From positions 1 through 46,127 of the forward strand of contig CALKOM010000029.1 in NCBI GenBank assembly GCA_938091905.1: a DNA stretch of 46,127 nt. The letters are read 5' to 3'. The stretch's first letter is position 1. Every line of letters starts with the position of its first letter. This DNA is from an uncultured Verrucomicrobiales bacterium. GTDB taxonomy: Bacteria > Verrucomicrobiota > Verrucomicrobiia > Verrucomicrobiales > DEV007. The notes beneath the pieces are model-generated. The model saw nothing but the letters and a program-made list of their open reading frames with translations. It searched no databases and was not told the origin of the DNA. The translations under genes were made by a program, and so were the position numbers. Shown piece by piece: positions 9,772-19,371 of the stretch.

Positions 9772-11015
9772 AGCCAGTTCGATTGCTAGCGATCTTCGAT
9801 TCACACACACCTTACTTGGCTTTCCGGTTGAACGCCTTTCAAGAAGCTATTGATGCACGGGGCCTGGATGATGTTCTCAAGCTTGAAGTGGTGCTCATTG
9901 GGGCTGAAGAGGCGAGTTATGGTTGGGAAGGGGAGGGCTTGCAGAAGCTCTATCAGATGCCGATTACGATTCTCTCGAATCGCTTTCGTGGCCTAGGGAT
10001 GCGGTCCTTCTTGCATTCCTCAGTTCCAGGCTGCCTTTGGAAGCTGTTCAAGATCCTTCTCAGGCAACGCCCTAAAGTAGTATTCGTGGGTGGCTATGAT
10101 CGCCCGGAGAGCATGTTGACAACGTTGCTGGGGCGGCTATGGCGTTGCAAGACGGGTGTATGGAACGATTCGAAGTTTAGTGACGCTGAAAGCTTCGGAA
10201 AGAGCATCTGGCTTGAGCTAATCAAGAGCCTGATGGTGGCGCGTTATCACTTTTATCTCTGTCCAGGCAGGGACAGCGCGGATTATCACCGTTTCCTGGG
10301 TGGTCGGAAGAAGCTTGCTCTAACTCATGCCTGGGACGTGGTCGACAATGCGACGATCGGCAGTCAGGCTGACGACACGTCGTTCGACGAGGCGATTGCG
10401 AAAGCGCTCACGGTGGAAGGCGAGTACTTCCTCGTGCCAGTCCGATTCATTGAGAAAAAGAACAGCATGCGTGTGATCGATGCGTACGCTCGATACCACG
10501 AGCGCTCTCCAAACGAGTCGATTCCCTTGGTGATCTGTGGGAAAGGTCCGCAAGAGGAAGCGATGCGTGCTGCGATCGCCAAGCATGGGCTGACAGACTC
10601 GATCAAGATGGTGCCGTGGTTAGCCTATGAGCAAGTCCCTCGGGCGAGCCGTCGATCGCGAGCCGTTCTTCTGGCCAGCACCCATGATCAGTGGGGCATG
10701 ATTGTGAATGAGGCGCTCGCGGCGGGAGCACCTGTCTTGGTGTCGAATCGCTGTGGCGCGCACGAACTTGTGCGTAATCAGGTCAATGGCTTTACGTTCG
10801 ATCCTTACGATACCGAACATCTTGGCCGCTTGTTTGGCGTGCTCACCGAAGATACGGAACTGGTTTCACAGATGCGTGAAGCAGCATCGTCGTCGATCGA
10901 TGGCTTTTCCATCGATCAGTGGATTCAAAATCACTTTGATGTCCTCGAACACTTTGGCGTCCTGCCAGAACGCCCGGCCATGGTGGCCAACGAAGAAACT
11001 CAAGCTGTTTCATGA
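9768..11015 (+). CDS. Glycosyltransferase family 4
   Basis: RFIEKKN and DQWGMIVNEALAAGAPVLVS (GT-B EX7E-like motif), NGFTFDP. Confidence 0.92.
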   Translation: MKPVRLLAIFDSHTPYLAFRLNAFQEAIDARGLDDVLKLEVVLIGAEEASYGWEGEGLQKLYQMPITILSNRFRGLGMRSFLHSSVPGCLWKLFKILLRQRPKVVFVGGYDRPESMLTTLLGRLWRCKTGVWNDSKFSDAESFGKSIWLELIKSLMVARYHFYLCPGRDSADYHRFLGGRKKLALTHAWDVVDNATIGSQADDTSFDEAIAKALTVEGEYFLVPVRFIEKKNSMRVIDAYARYHERSPNESIPLVICGKGPQEEAMRAAIAKHGLTDSIKMVPWLAYEQVPRASRRSRAVLLASTHDQWGMIVNEALAAGAPVLVSNRCGAHELVRNQVNGFTFDPYDTEHLGRLFGVLTEDTELVSQMREAASSSIDGFSIDQWIQNHFDVLEHFGVLPERPAMVANEETQAVS

Positions 11016-12277
11016 AGATTCATCTTATCACCAATCTCTTTTACCCCGACGAGCTGGCGGGCGCTTCGCTTTACACGGATCTTGCCCGCTTTCTCAAGGA
11101 GAGAGGGCATGATGTCAGAGTGACGGGCACTTTCTCCTATTACCCTGCGTGGAAGTTGCGCCCCGAGGATGAAGGGGTGAGTATGCGAGAGGAAGAGTTT
11201 GAGGGCATTCCGTTGCGTCGGCTCAAGATGTACGTGCCAGCGAAAGCGAGTGGTCTCAAACGCCTACTCTCAGATGCTAGCTTCCTTTGGGCTCTGGCGA
11301 CAAAAGCGAAGTTTCCCAGTTGGCAGCCGGATGTTGTCATCTCGGCTTGCCCGATGTTGTCACAGTGTGTGGCTCAGCGATTCCTCTATGTTGGAAAGAA
11401 GGTGCCGCGGCTTTTGATCGTGCAAGACTTTGTTGTCGATGCTGCTCTGGAACTCGGTATGCTTAACCTGCCAGGCCTGAGTTGGGGGCTGCGCAAGATG
11501 GAGAGTTGGTCATTACGATCTGCATCGTCGCTTTCTACTATAAGTCCTGAAATGCTGACCAAGCTTGGCGAGAAGGTGTCGCCAAATGATCGTCGCCTGA
11601 CATTCATTCCGAACTGGATCCATCAGAGTCTCTCCGGTGAGATTGATCGCCAGTGGGCTCGGCGTCCAAAGCGTGAGACTTATCAGCTGCTCTACTCGGG
11701 TAATGTTGGTGTGAAACAGGGACTACCTGACTTTGTTGATTCCTTCGAGGAGATGGAATGCGGTTGGCAACTCCGCATTCAAGGTGGCGGTGCCGAGCGC
11801 GCTCGTCTAGAAGAGCGCACCAGAGATTGTCAGGACATCGTCATGGCCGATGTCTCGGGCGAAGATGCCTATGTAGCTTCGTTGCTGAAAGCGTCGGCGT
11901 GTCTGATCACGCAGAAGCCCGATGTTTCGGCGAATTTCTTGCCAAGCAAACTTCTGCCTGCGCTTGCGACGGGGACTCCCGTTCTTGCAATCTGTGAAGC
12001 AGACACACCACTTGGGCGTGAGGTTAGTGAGGGCGGCTACGGAGCAGTCATTCATCCTCGCAAGGTCGATCAGATCAAGGCGACGTTACAAGTATGGAAG
12101 AATTCGCCAGAGTCCATGGTGGCCTTGAGTCAAAAGGCGCGTGAGCGCTCGGAGTTCTTCGGCCGCGAGCGCATTCTCACTACTTATGAATCCGAACTGA
12201 GTGCGCTGTCCACTGGCCAAGCGTTGGCTTCTGAGGTATCAGACTTTTCTACTACTGTTCCATCCCAATCATCATGA
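11012..12277 (+). CDS. wcaI: WcaI-like glycosyltransferase family 4
   Basis: NLFYPDE, YYPAWK, MYVPAK...KRLLSDASF, IVQD, YSGNVGVKQGL, PSKLLPALATGTPV. Confidence 0.82.
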   Translation: MKIHLITNLFYPDELAGASLYTDLARFLKERGHDVRVTGTFSYYPAWKLRPEDEGVSMREEEFEGIPLRRLKMYVPAKASGLKRLLSDASFLWALATKAKFPSWQPDVVISACPMLSQCVAQRFLYVGKKVPRLLIVQDFVVDAALELGMLNLPGLSWGLRKMESWSLRSASSLSTISPEMLTKLGEKVSPNDRRLTFIPNWIHQSLSGEIDRQWARRPKRETYQLLYSGNVGVKQGLPDFVDSFEEMECGWQLRIQGGGAERARLEERTRDCQDIVMADVSGEDAYVASLLKASACLITQKPDVSANFLPSKLLPALATGTPVLAICEADTPLGREVSEGGYGAVIHPRKVDQIKATLQVWKNSPESMVALSQKARERSEFFGRERILTTYESELSALSTGQALASEVSDFSTTVPSQSS

Positions 12278-13512
12278 GTTCTTCTGATCAATGCACCGTT
12301 GCTCTGGTCGATCCTATTTGGGTCGGTCATCACGCCACCTACTTCCGTGCCTTTATCGAGTCGTTTCTTGAGGTAGGAGCTCGCGTCGTCGCTCTCTGCC
12401 CGAAGCCTGAGGATTTGGACGACATGGTCAAAGCGCATCCTGATCGATTGAGCGTTTCGAAGCTCGAAGAGCCCGGTGACAGCAAACTGTTCCGTGGTCG
12501 TGCACATGATCCATTCACCACGCGTCAACGTTGGCATATCGCGGGTGAGGCGATTGACGCTCAGGAGGATATGTGTGGTTGGAAAGTGGACTTCGTTTTC
12601 TTCGCCTTGCTTGACAGCTATTTGAGATTCATGCCGTCTTCAGCGACGGCAGACCGTTTGTTAGGGCGTCCATGGACTGGCCTCTACTTCCGTGCACAAC
12701 ACCTGACCGAGCCAGCCTCTGGCATTCTGGCCAAGGTAAAACAGCGATTGAAGGGGGACTTTGTGATGCGATCGGAAGATTGCCGTCTGATTTCAGGAGT
12801 GGATGAACGCACGCTCCCCTATGTGGAGTCCTATTCGAAGAAGCCAGTACTTCTCATGCCGGACATTACCAATGAGGCAAATGGAGATCCTGAAGTGCCC
12901 CTGGCCGCAGCGATTCGGGAGAAAGCAGCTGGGCGCAAGATCATTGGTATTGTCGGCTTGGAGAAACGCAAAGGTTTCCTGACATTGTTACGAGTAGCGA
13001 AGAAAGCTGCCGATCAAGGCAACCCCTGGTTCTTCGTATTCACAGGGGTGCTTTGGTGGGAAACCCTGTCGGATGAAGAGGCCGCCTGGGTAAAAGACTA
13101 TCTAGCAGACCCTCCAGACAATATCTACCTTGATCCAGAAGCCGGCATGGTGCCCGATGGAGAGGTTTACAATGGCGTGGCTTCGTTGTTTGATATCTTC
13201 TTTGCCGCCTACCTCAACTCACTCTACAACGGTAGTAGTAACGTCCTCACCAAAGGCGCGCTCCTAGAGAAACCTTGCATTGTGACCGAAGGTGCTTGCC
13301 TGGAAGATCGGGTAAAGGCTTACCGAATCGGTCTAGCGGTGCCCGAGGATGATGATAGGCGTTGCTTTGAAGCGATCAAGCGTCTCTTGGTTGGTGAGCA
13401 TTGGGATGGCAAGCCCCTGAATCCTCGTTATGGCGACTACTTTGCGTTGCACTCCCACGAAAAGCTCGTGGAGCACGTAAGAGAAATGATTTCTACAGTG
13501 ATGGCCGGGTAG
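12274..13512 (+). CDS. Putative GT-B glycosyltransferase
   Basis: GHHATY N-terminal motif, GLEKRKGF, SSNVLTKGALLEKPCIV; ATGA overlap; last gene of the EPS operon. Confidence 0.78.
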   Translation: MSSSDQCTVALVDPIWVGHHATYFRAFIESFLEVGARVVALCPKPEDLDDMVKAHPDRLSVSKLEEPGDSKLFRGRAHDPFTTRQRWHIAGEAIDAQEDMCGWKVDFVFFALLDSYLRFMPSSATADRLLGRPWTGLYFRAQHLTEPASGILAKVKQRLKGDFVMRSEDCRLISGVDERTLPYVESYSKKPVLLMPDITNEANGDPEVPLAAAIREKAAGRKIIGIVGLEKRKGFLTLLRVAKKAADQGNPWFFVFTGVLWWETLSDEEAAWVKDYLADPPDNIYLDPEAGMVPDGEVYNGVASLFDIFFAAYLNSLYNGSSNVLTKGALLEKPCIVTEGACLEDRVKAYRIGLAVPEDDDRRCFEAIKRLLVGEHWDGKPLNPRYGDYFALHSHEKLVEHVREMISTVMAG

Positions 13513-13573
13513 ACATCAGTTTCGGTTTTAGGCAAGGGGCGAAGCGGATTCATAGTGCGCAAACTGGCCGGCC

Positions 13574-15761
13574 CTATACCACTGGAGCCTCCGCGCCCGG
13601 TCGAACGTTGAGCTGTTTCCGGAGGCCTTCCCAACGATCTCTGAAATCTGGATGGAGCCGTTTCCGATCAAACGCCTTCATGGGCTTTGCTGCGTCGTTG
13701 TGGAGACCGAGCTTAAACAGAGTTTCTAGGCTACCGAGTTGAAAGGTGGCGTAGCGGAGTGAATCGTCACCTGCGAAGGGCAAGGCACTATTCCAGTGGG
13801 CAAGGGCGTTGGCATGTTTGTTGGCGGAAGCGTGTAGCTGCGCAACCTCTGCCCAGGCCCATCCGTTTCGAGGTGCGAGTTTGGCCAATGCGCCAGCGTG
13901 CTCGATGAGAGCTTCGTTCGTCAGCAGGGCTTCAGTCTCAAGGTAGCGGAACTAAGCTTGTTCTAGCTCTGGAATAGCGGTGAGCGTGCGCATGAAGTTG
14001 GGACTTTGGCTAATTTGCATAGAGACTTCCGTGCGGGCTTCCTTGTCCAGTTCTCCCTTGTCCATGGCCTGGGCCAAGTAGGTAAGAACTTCCTTGAGGA
14101 AGGTGGCCTTAGGTGAAGCGTTGGTGTCAGGAGCTAGCTTTGCTCGCCGGATCTGGGCCGGGATGACGAGGTTCAGCTCATCTTTCGCTAGTAATGGCAT
14201 GGACCAGCCTAACGTCAGCCAAGTTCCGGCGTCGAAATCGCTAGCGAGTGGAAGCAACTGAAGGTTCGCGGTGAAGACTTCAGGCATCCAGAGGTGCCAG
14301 TCGCTGAGAAAGGCGTTCTCAAGATTCTTAAGAATGAGCTCTTGTAGTTGAGGCTGAGTCGAGCTGATGCTGATGCTGATGCTGATGCCGATGCCGATGC
14401 CGATGCTGATGCTGATGCTGATGCTGATGCTGATGCTGATGCTGATGCTGATGCTGATGCTGATGCTGATGCTGATGCTGAGTAGGCTTTCTAATTGAGC
14501 GCGGAGTGTACTTGGTCCATCCGCTAGGCTTAGTCGGCCAGTAAGTTGGAAGAGGCTCTGTTGGCAACGTCGATCCCTTACATAGGTTAGGCCGTGCAGA
14601 TCCGGGAGCTTAAGACTCTTCCCGATATGCTGGTATTGGCGTTTAAGGTGCCGAGCTGCGGAAGGCTCGAGGCCGACGAGAGCTAGAGTGGCTTGTTCGA
14701 GGGCCGGGTCCTGCCACGGGAAATCGATGATTCGTTTTGCAAAGTGGATCAACCGCTTTGCTCGCGTTGATTCTGCGTCCTCTTTTGGATCGGGAAGTGC
14801 TAGAAGCAGAGCGTCTGCGAACGTGACGTGATCGGGGTGATCTTTGAGTTCGGGGATGGATGCGTCATCGCCCTGCTGGAAATAGGGCTGTTCGCCGGTT
14901 TGGGGGCTGTGAAGCCAATCGAATCGCGCCCAATCCTTCAAAAGCCATTGAGACACGAGTGCGGTATTGCCCTGTCTACGTGCTAAAGCGAGCCATCCGA
15001 AATCGACCTGCGAATCGCCAGCCTCGGCAACCGTTGCGATCGTGGACGTGTGCTGACCTTGAAGCGCTAACTCAAACAATGTTCGTCCAAGCCCGTAGTC
15101 TGTGACATTGCCTCCAAGTGTTTCTACCCATTGTTTGGCCAGACTGGCTTTGTCGCTCTTGAATAGGAAGTCGCTTTGCGTCAGGGTTAGGCTGAGGGTC
15201 TAGAGCTGTGCTTCGGTGGCCATCCCCTGATCAATCCCGCGAAGGAGAGTCTTGCCCATGGCTTGGATTACCGAAGGCGGTAGATATGAGTTAAACAGGC
15301 TGGCGCATGACTCTGATAGAGCCATGCGGCTGGGAAGGGAAAGAGTATCGCTGTTAAGGGCGGACAGCATGGTTTCCCAAGCGCCGTGATCGGCGATCGG
15401 GGATTCTGATCGTAGGTGTTGAGCTGGTAGAGCCGGAGACGAACTGCGCTGTGGGTCTTGCGTAAAGCTAGCACATGTAGGTAGGCACTGATTGCGTCCT
15501 CACGCTGATCGAGAAACTCGCAAGCGAGGCCAAACGTGGCCCATTGTTGCGAGTTCTTGTCATCGATTGGGTGAACGGAACTTAGAAAAGCCTCCTGTTC
15601 CTGAACTGGGTTTCCCAGGTCGTCAAAGCCGGATCCACTTTACTGAGGCCATTGACGCGAAGCGCATGTTTGGATAGGGACCGGAAGGCTTCCATCGGCG
15701 TCTCTTGAGAGATCGCCTGACACATCACGAAGGCGCTGAGAATCAATAGCCAGAGGCGCAT
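13574..15761 (-). pseudogene. Degraded secreted TPR-like helical protein gene
   Basis: Signal peptide MRLWLLILSAFVMCQAIS at 15761. Frameshift within ~15638-15585 into a TPR-like segment (WATFGLACEFLDQREDAISAYLHVLAL); second frameshift near 15400-15430. In-frame TAG at 15200-15202 and 13952-13954 joins ORFs 13952..15079 and 13574..13888 in one frame. Confidence 0.72.
14363..14481. repeat. Hexanucleotide microsatellite (GCTGAT)4(GCCGAT)3(GCTGAT)12 plus a partial unit
   Basis: Counted directly: 19 full units; encodes (Ile-Ser/Gly)n in the minus-strand ORF frame. Confidence 0.97.
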
Positions 15762-15951
15762 GGGAGATCCTCGCACATGAAGTCCCTAGCCTGCAAACTT
15801 CTACACGAGTTTGCGCAATTTCGAAAAGCCTTGAGCAGCAATCTAGTAGCGTAGCACGGCTGACTGACAGCAATGCTGGCGAATAGCGGACTTTAAGCCT
15901 TTGATGCGGTGCGAGTGGTGTTTAACCCCGCAGTGTCGTGCCGACCCGATT

Positions 15952-17049
15952 CTACTGCGTTACCCGCATCGGCATCAACACGTAGAGGAAGGAAGAGTCG
16001 ATCTTAAGAACGCCTGGGCTCATTTCGTCGATGAGGTTAAGGTAGACTTCGTCCGTATTTAAATTCCTGAGCGGTGCCATGAGGAACTCAGGATTGAAAG
16101 CAATGGAGAACTGGTTGCCCTTGTGTTGGACGGCAAGAGACTCACGGGCTTCTCCGATGTCTGGAGAGTTTGCCATGATGTCAATGTTATCCTCGCCAAA
16201 GACGAGCTTTAAGGAGTGCGACTTGTCGCTTGTGAGGAGAGAGACACGGTGAACCGTTTGAAGGAAGGCTTCTCGCTCTAACGTGATGCGATCGACGGTC
16301 TTTTCAGGAATGACTTGGCGGTAGTTTGGGTAGTTACCTTCGATGAGGCGGCTGACCAAGATAAGCTTGTCGAGCGTAAAAGCGATTTGATTCTCGGCGA
16401 TGGAGATGGTGACTTCGCCAGAATCTCCTAACAAGCGCTGAAGTTCGTTCACTGCCTTCGTAGGGACAATTACAGAAGTTTCGTGGCTTTTGGGAAACTC
16501 TAGCTCGTGATCCACCATGGCCAAGCGGCGGCCATCGGTCGCGACCATGATAAGCGTGTTGTTTTCAAACGAGAAGTAGACACCATTGAGAACGTAGCGT
16601 GTCTCGTCTGTGGAGATCGCATAAGAAGTCTTTTTGAGGCTGTCCTTGAGCGTAGCCTGTGGAAACTTGAATTCCTTCGATTTCTCGAAGTTCGGTAAAG
16701 CCGGGAACTCCTCATTGGTGAGGCCGAGGATCTTGAAGAAGCTGGGGCCACAGTTGATGGAAGCAACGTGATCAGCATCCACCTCGATCTCGATGTCACT
16801 TGCAGGCAACTCCTTGACGATGTTGACCAAGCGGCGGGCTGGGAGCGTCGTGGAACCTGCGACCTCAACCTCTGCTGAGACCTGGGCGCTGACTCCGACA
16901 TCTAGATCGTTCGTGGTTAGGCGGATTTGGCCGTCTTGGGCTTCCAAAAGGACATTGGAGAGGATCGGAAGGGTGGTCCGTGTGCTTACCACATGTTGGA
17001 CTTGTTGGAGTCCGCTTAGAAAGTGCTCTTTAGTGATCCTAAACTTCAT
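15952..17049 (-). CDS. dnaN: DNA polymerase III beta sliding clamp
   Basis: TLPILSNVLL, STDETRYVLNG, VATDGRRLA, LIEGNYPNYRQVIP, C-terminal YVLMPMR; directly downstream of dnaA. Confidence 0.98.
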   Translation of the reverse strand: MKFRITKEHFLSGLQQVQHVVSTRTTLPILSNVLLEAQDGQIRLTTNDLDVGVSAQVSAEVEVAGSTTLPARRLVNIVKELPASDIEIEVDADHVASINCGPSFFKILGLTNEEFPALPNFEKSKEFKFPQATLKDSLKKTSYAISTDETRYVLNGVYFSFENNTLIMVATDGRRLAMVDHELEFPKSHETSVIVPTKAVNELQRLLGDSGEVTISIAENQIAFTLDKLILVSRLIEGNYPNYRQVIPEKTVDRITLEREAFLQTVHRVSLLTSDKSHSLKLVFGEDNIDIMANSPDIGEARESLAVQHKGNQFSIAFNPEFLMAPLRNLNTDEVYLNLIDEMSPGVLKIDSSFLYVLMPMRVTQ

Positions 17050-17091
17050 GGTTTTTCAGAATGCCTGCGTTCCTTTGAGGATTGGGATAGT

Positions 17092-17120
17092 CCTATAGGG
17101 GATGCCCTTCCGTTTGGCAA
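17092..17120 (-). promoter_or_regulatory. Putative sigma70 promoter for dnaN
   Basis: Minus strand TTGCCA-N17-TATAGG, about 43 bp upstream of the dnaN ATG. Confidence 0.4.
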
Positions 17121-17154
17121 CACGCGAATTTCACGCACGATGATGGGCGCGGGC

Positions 17155-17180
17155 GCGATCTAACGGGACTGTTAGATCGC
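17155..17180 (-). terminator. Stem-loop directly after the dnaA stop (terminator or mRNA-stability element)
   Basis: Perfect 10-bp inverted repeat GCGATCTAAC-N6-GTTAGATCGC; no U-tract. Confidence 0.45.
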
Positions 17181-18581
17181 CTAACGTTCTGGGGTTTCGG
17201 TGAACTCACCGTGAAGCCTATCTACCTGGCGACGGACTTTCTCTAGGTCCCGGCATTTGGCCTCTACGCTGCGGCAGGCGTGGATGACGGTGCCATGATC
17301 TCGGCCTCCGAAGGCATCCCCGATTTCCTGATAGGAAGAGCCGGTGAGTTCTCGGGAGAAGAACATGGCGACCTGGCGAGCCAGGGCGATCTGAGCGGGA
17401 CGCTTTCGGCCAAGAATATCGCTCAATCGAATGTCGTAGAACTCAGCCACACGCTTCTGGATCTGGGAAATGGTGACGTCTTTGGAGCCCTCATCGTGGA
17501 GGAAATCCTGGAGGAGATGCTCCACGGCCTTGAGATCGAGGTGGCCATTGTTCATGGATCCAAAGGAAGCTAGGCGGATGAGAGCGCCTTCTAAGCGCCG
17601 TACATTGTTGCGGATGCGCTGAGCGATGAATTCCAAGATGTTCCCGTCGACCTCGACGCACATTTCTTGTGCCTTGCGCTTGAGAGTAGCGATTCGTGTC
17701 TCGGTATCAGGAGGAGCCATCTCGGCGGTGAGCCCCCATTCGAAGCGGGAAACGAGCCGCTTCTCCAGATTCTTGATCTTGCTGGCAGGCATGTCGGAGG
17801 TCATCACGATCTGCTTGCCGTTCTTGTCGCAAAGGGTATTGAATGTGTGGAAGAATTCTTCCTGAGATTTCTCCTTCTTGGCAAAGAACTGGATGTCATC
17901 GATGAGGAGAACATCTGCTTCGCGGTACTGTTGGCGGAATTTTACAAGGGATCCGTCGCTGATTGCTTGAATGAACTCGTTCGTGAACTGCTCACTGGCA
18001 ATGTAGACCACCTTTGCAGAAGGCCGTTCCTCGAGGATTGAGTGACCAATGGCGTGCATAAGGTGGGTCTTGCCCATTCCGGCGCCGCCGTAGATAAAGA
18101 GAGGGTTGTAGATTCGCCCCGGTTTGCTTGCGGCAGCCTGGCAGGCGGCGTGGGCGAACTCGTTGTTCGCGCCCACGACGAAGGATTCGAACAAGTAGCG
18201 GTGGTTGAGCCCTGCGGATGTTGCCTTTTGACCAGCCTTACTCTTACGGCTGCCCGGCTGTGGTATGGCAGCCTCAGTGGGAACGGGCCTTGGAGTCTTC
18301 GGTTGCTGTGGCGTCGCTGCTGCAAGGGGATCTGACTCGCGGAACTGGAAGGAGAGCCGACGTTTACCGCAGGCTTCTTCAATTGCTTCGTTGACTTCGA
18401 CGGTGTAGTTGGTCTCGATCCAGAACTGGTAGATCTGGTTCGGAACTTCCAAGACGATGTTAGTATCATCTGTCTGGGCAATGGACGTGTTGGCGAACCA
18501 ACGTGTCATCGTGTCTTGGCTGACGCGCTTAGCGATCAGGGGCTCAAGTTGAGCCCACGTCAGAGCAGAAACTTCGGACAT
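17181..18581 (-). CDS. dnaA: Chromosomal replication initiator DnaA
   Basis: FESFVVGANN, YNPLFIYGGAGMGKTHL, DVLLIDDIQF, QEEFFHTFN, RLVSRFEWGL, NVRRLEGAL, FGGRDHGTVIHA. Confidence 0.99.
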   Translation of the reverse strand: MSEVSALTWAQLEPLIAKRVSQDTMTRWFANTSIAQTDDTNIVLEVPNQIYQFWIETNYTVEVNEAIEEACGKRRLSFQFRESDPLAAATPQQPKTPRPVPTEAAIPQPGSRKSKAGQKATSAGLNHRYLFESFVVGANNEFAHAACQAAASKPGRIYNPLFIYGGAGMGKTHLMHAIGHSILEERPSAKVVYIASEQFTNEFIQAISDGSLVKFRQQYREADVLLIDDIQFFAKKEKSQEEFFHTFNTLCDKNGKQIVMTSDMPASKIKNLEKRLVSRFEWGLTAEMAPPDTETRIATLKRKAQEMCVEVDGNILEFIAQRIRNNVRRLEGALIRLASFGSMNNGHLDLKAVEHLLQDFLHDEGSKDVTISQIQKRVAEFYDIRLSDILGRKRPAQIALARQVAMFFSRELTGSSYQEIGDAFGGRDHGTVIHACRSVEAKCRDLEKVRRQVDRLHGEFTETPER

Positions 18582-19371
18582 CTAAACTTTGTCGGAGGAA
18601 GGAGAAGGTGGGCGCTTTGCCGATGTCTGACCACCAAACAGATGGCCGGTAAAACGGATGAACAAAGCGCTTTGCGTGACCGTCCTTAGAGAACCGAACT
18701 GACCGATGAAACACTTATGGTAGACATTCCTTCAAGCGTTTCGTTGTCTAGCGAGTTGACCAATGAATTGTTTTGTCGATGACTCGATGCTGAAGAAGAA
18801 ATATACAAGCGCATGTCGGTAAAGTATTGGCGGTGAACGGGTTGAAGGAGGAGTGTTTGAAGGGCTAACGGAAAGGTTGTGCGGAAAATATTGTCACTTC
18901 TCTATTCGCTACGGCGGAGAAGACTAGCGATACTGGCGTGTCGCCTAGTGAGTGAACGGCCCTCGGTCGAGGGCAACAGTCGAAACTTCTACAAGCCATA
19001 AAACAATCAAGAAAGTTCTTATGAACTGTTTCAAAAGTTTTCCAAATTGGCGGCTCATTGGTGACAGGTTTGACTGATTCTAAGAAGAATTGCAAGTGGC
19101 TTCGTTAAGATTTTTTAAGAAACCTAAAAACAAATGACGCAAGTCTTTTGTTGCGGTGGCTTTGTTAGCCTTCTGGTCCTGGACGGGGATGTCAGACACC
19201 GCTTTGTGGAACATGGTAAATCGCTGGGGAAAGGAGGCCAATCGCCTGAGTGATTGTTCCACAGTCATTCCTCACGCTGTGACCGAAGGGTGTGGCTTAT
19301 AAGTGGAGCGGAGGGCACGCTTAGAACAAAGTTCTGGCCAAGTTTCCGGCATCGTTCGATGATCGATACCC
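18582..19371. other. Probable replication origin (oriC) and divergent promoter region
   Basis: 790-bp gap upstream of dnaA with no credible gene; AT-rich tract ~18995-19140; DnaA-box-like 9-mers TGTGGAACA (19205-19213) and TGTTCCACA (19255-19263) plus weaker matches. Confidence 0.6.

Noticed and set aside
14328..14567. Poly-(Gln-His) metal-binding protein ORF
   Set aside because: Alternate-frame reading of the microsatellite inside a longer ORF.
13952..15202. TAG read-through (pyrrolysine or recoded genetic code) in the TPR gene
   Set aside because: dnaA, dnaN, aspS, hisS and others end at TAG at their expected C-termini, and the same gene also has frameshifts, so decay is the simpler explanation.
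18865..19268. Small ORFs 18865..19095 and 19080..19268
   Set aside because: No motifs, AT-rich, and within the probable origin/promoter region.
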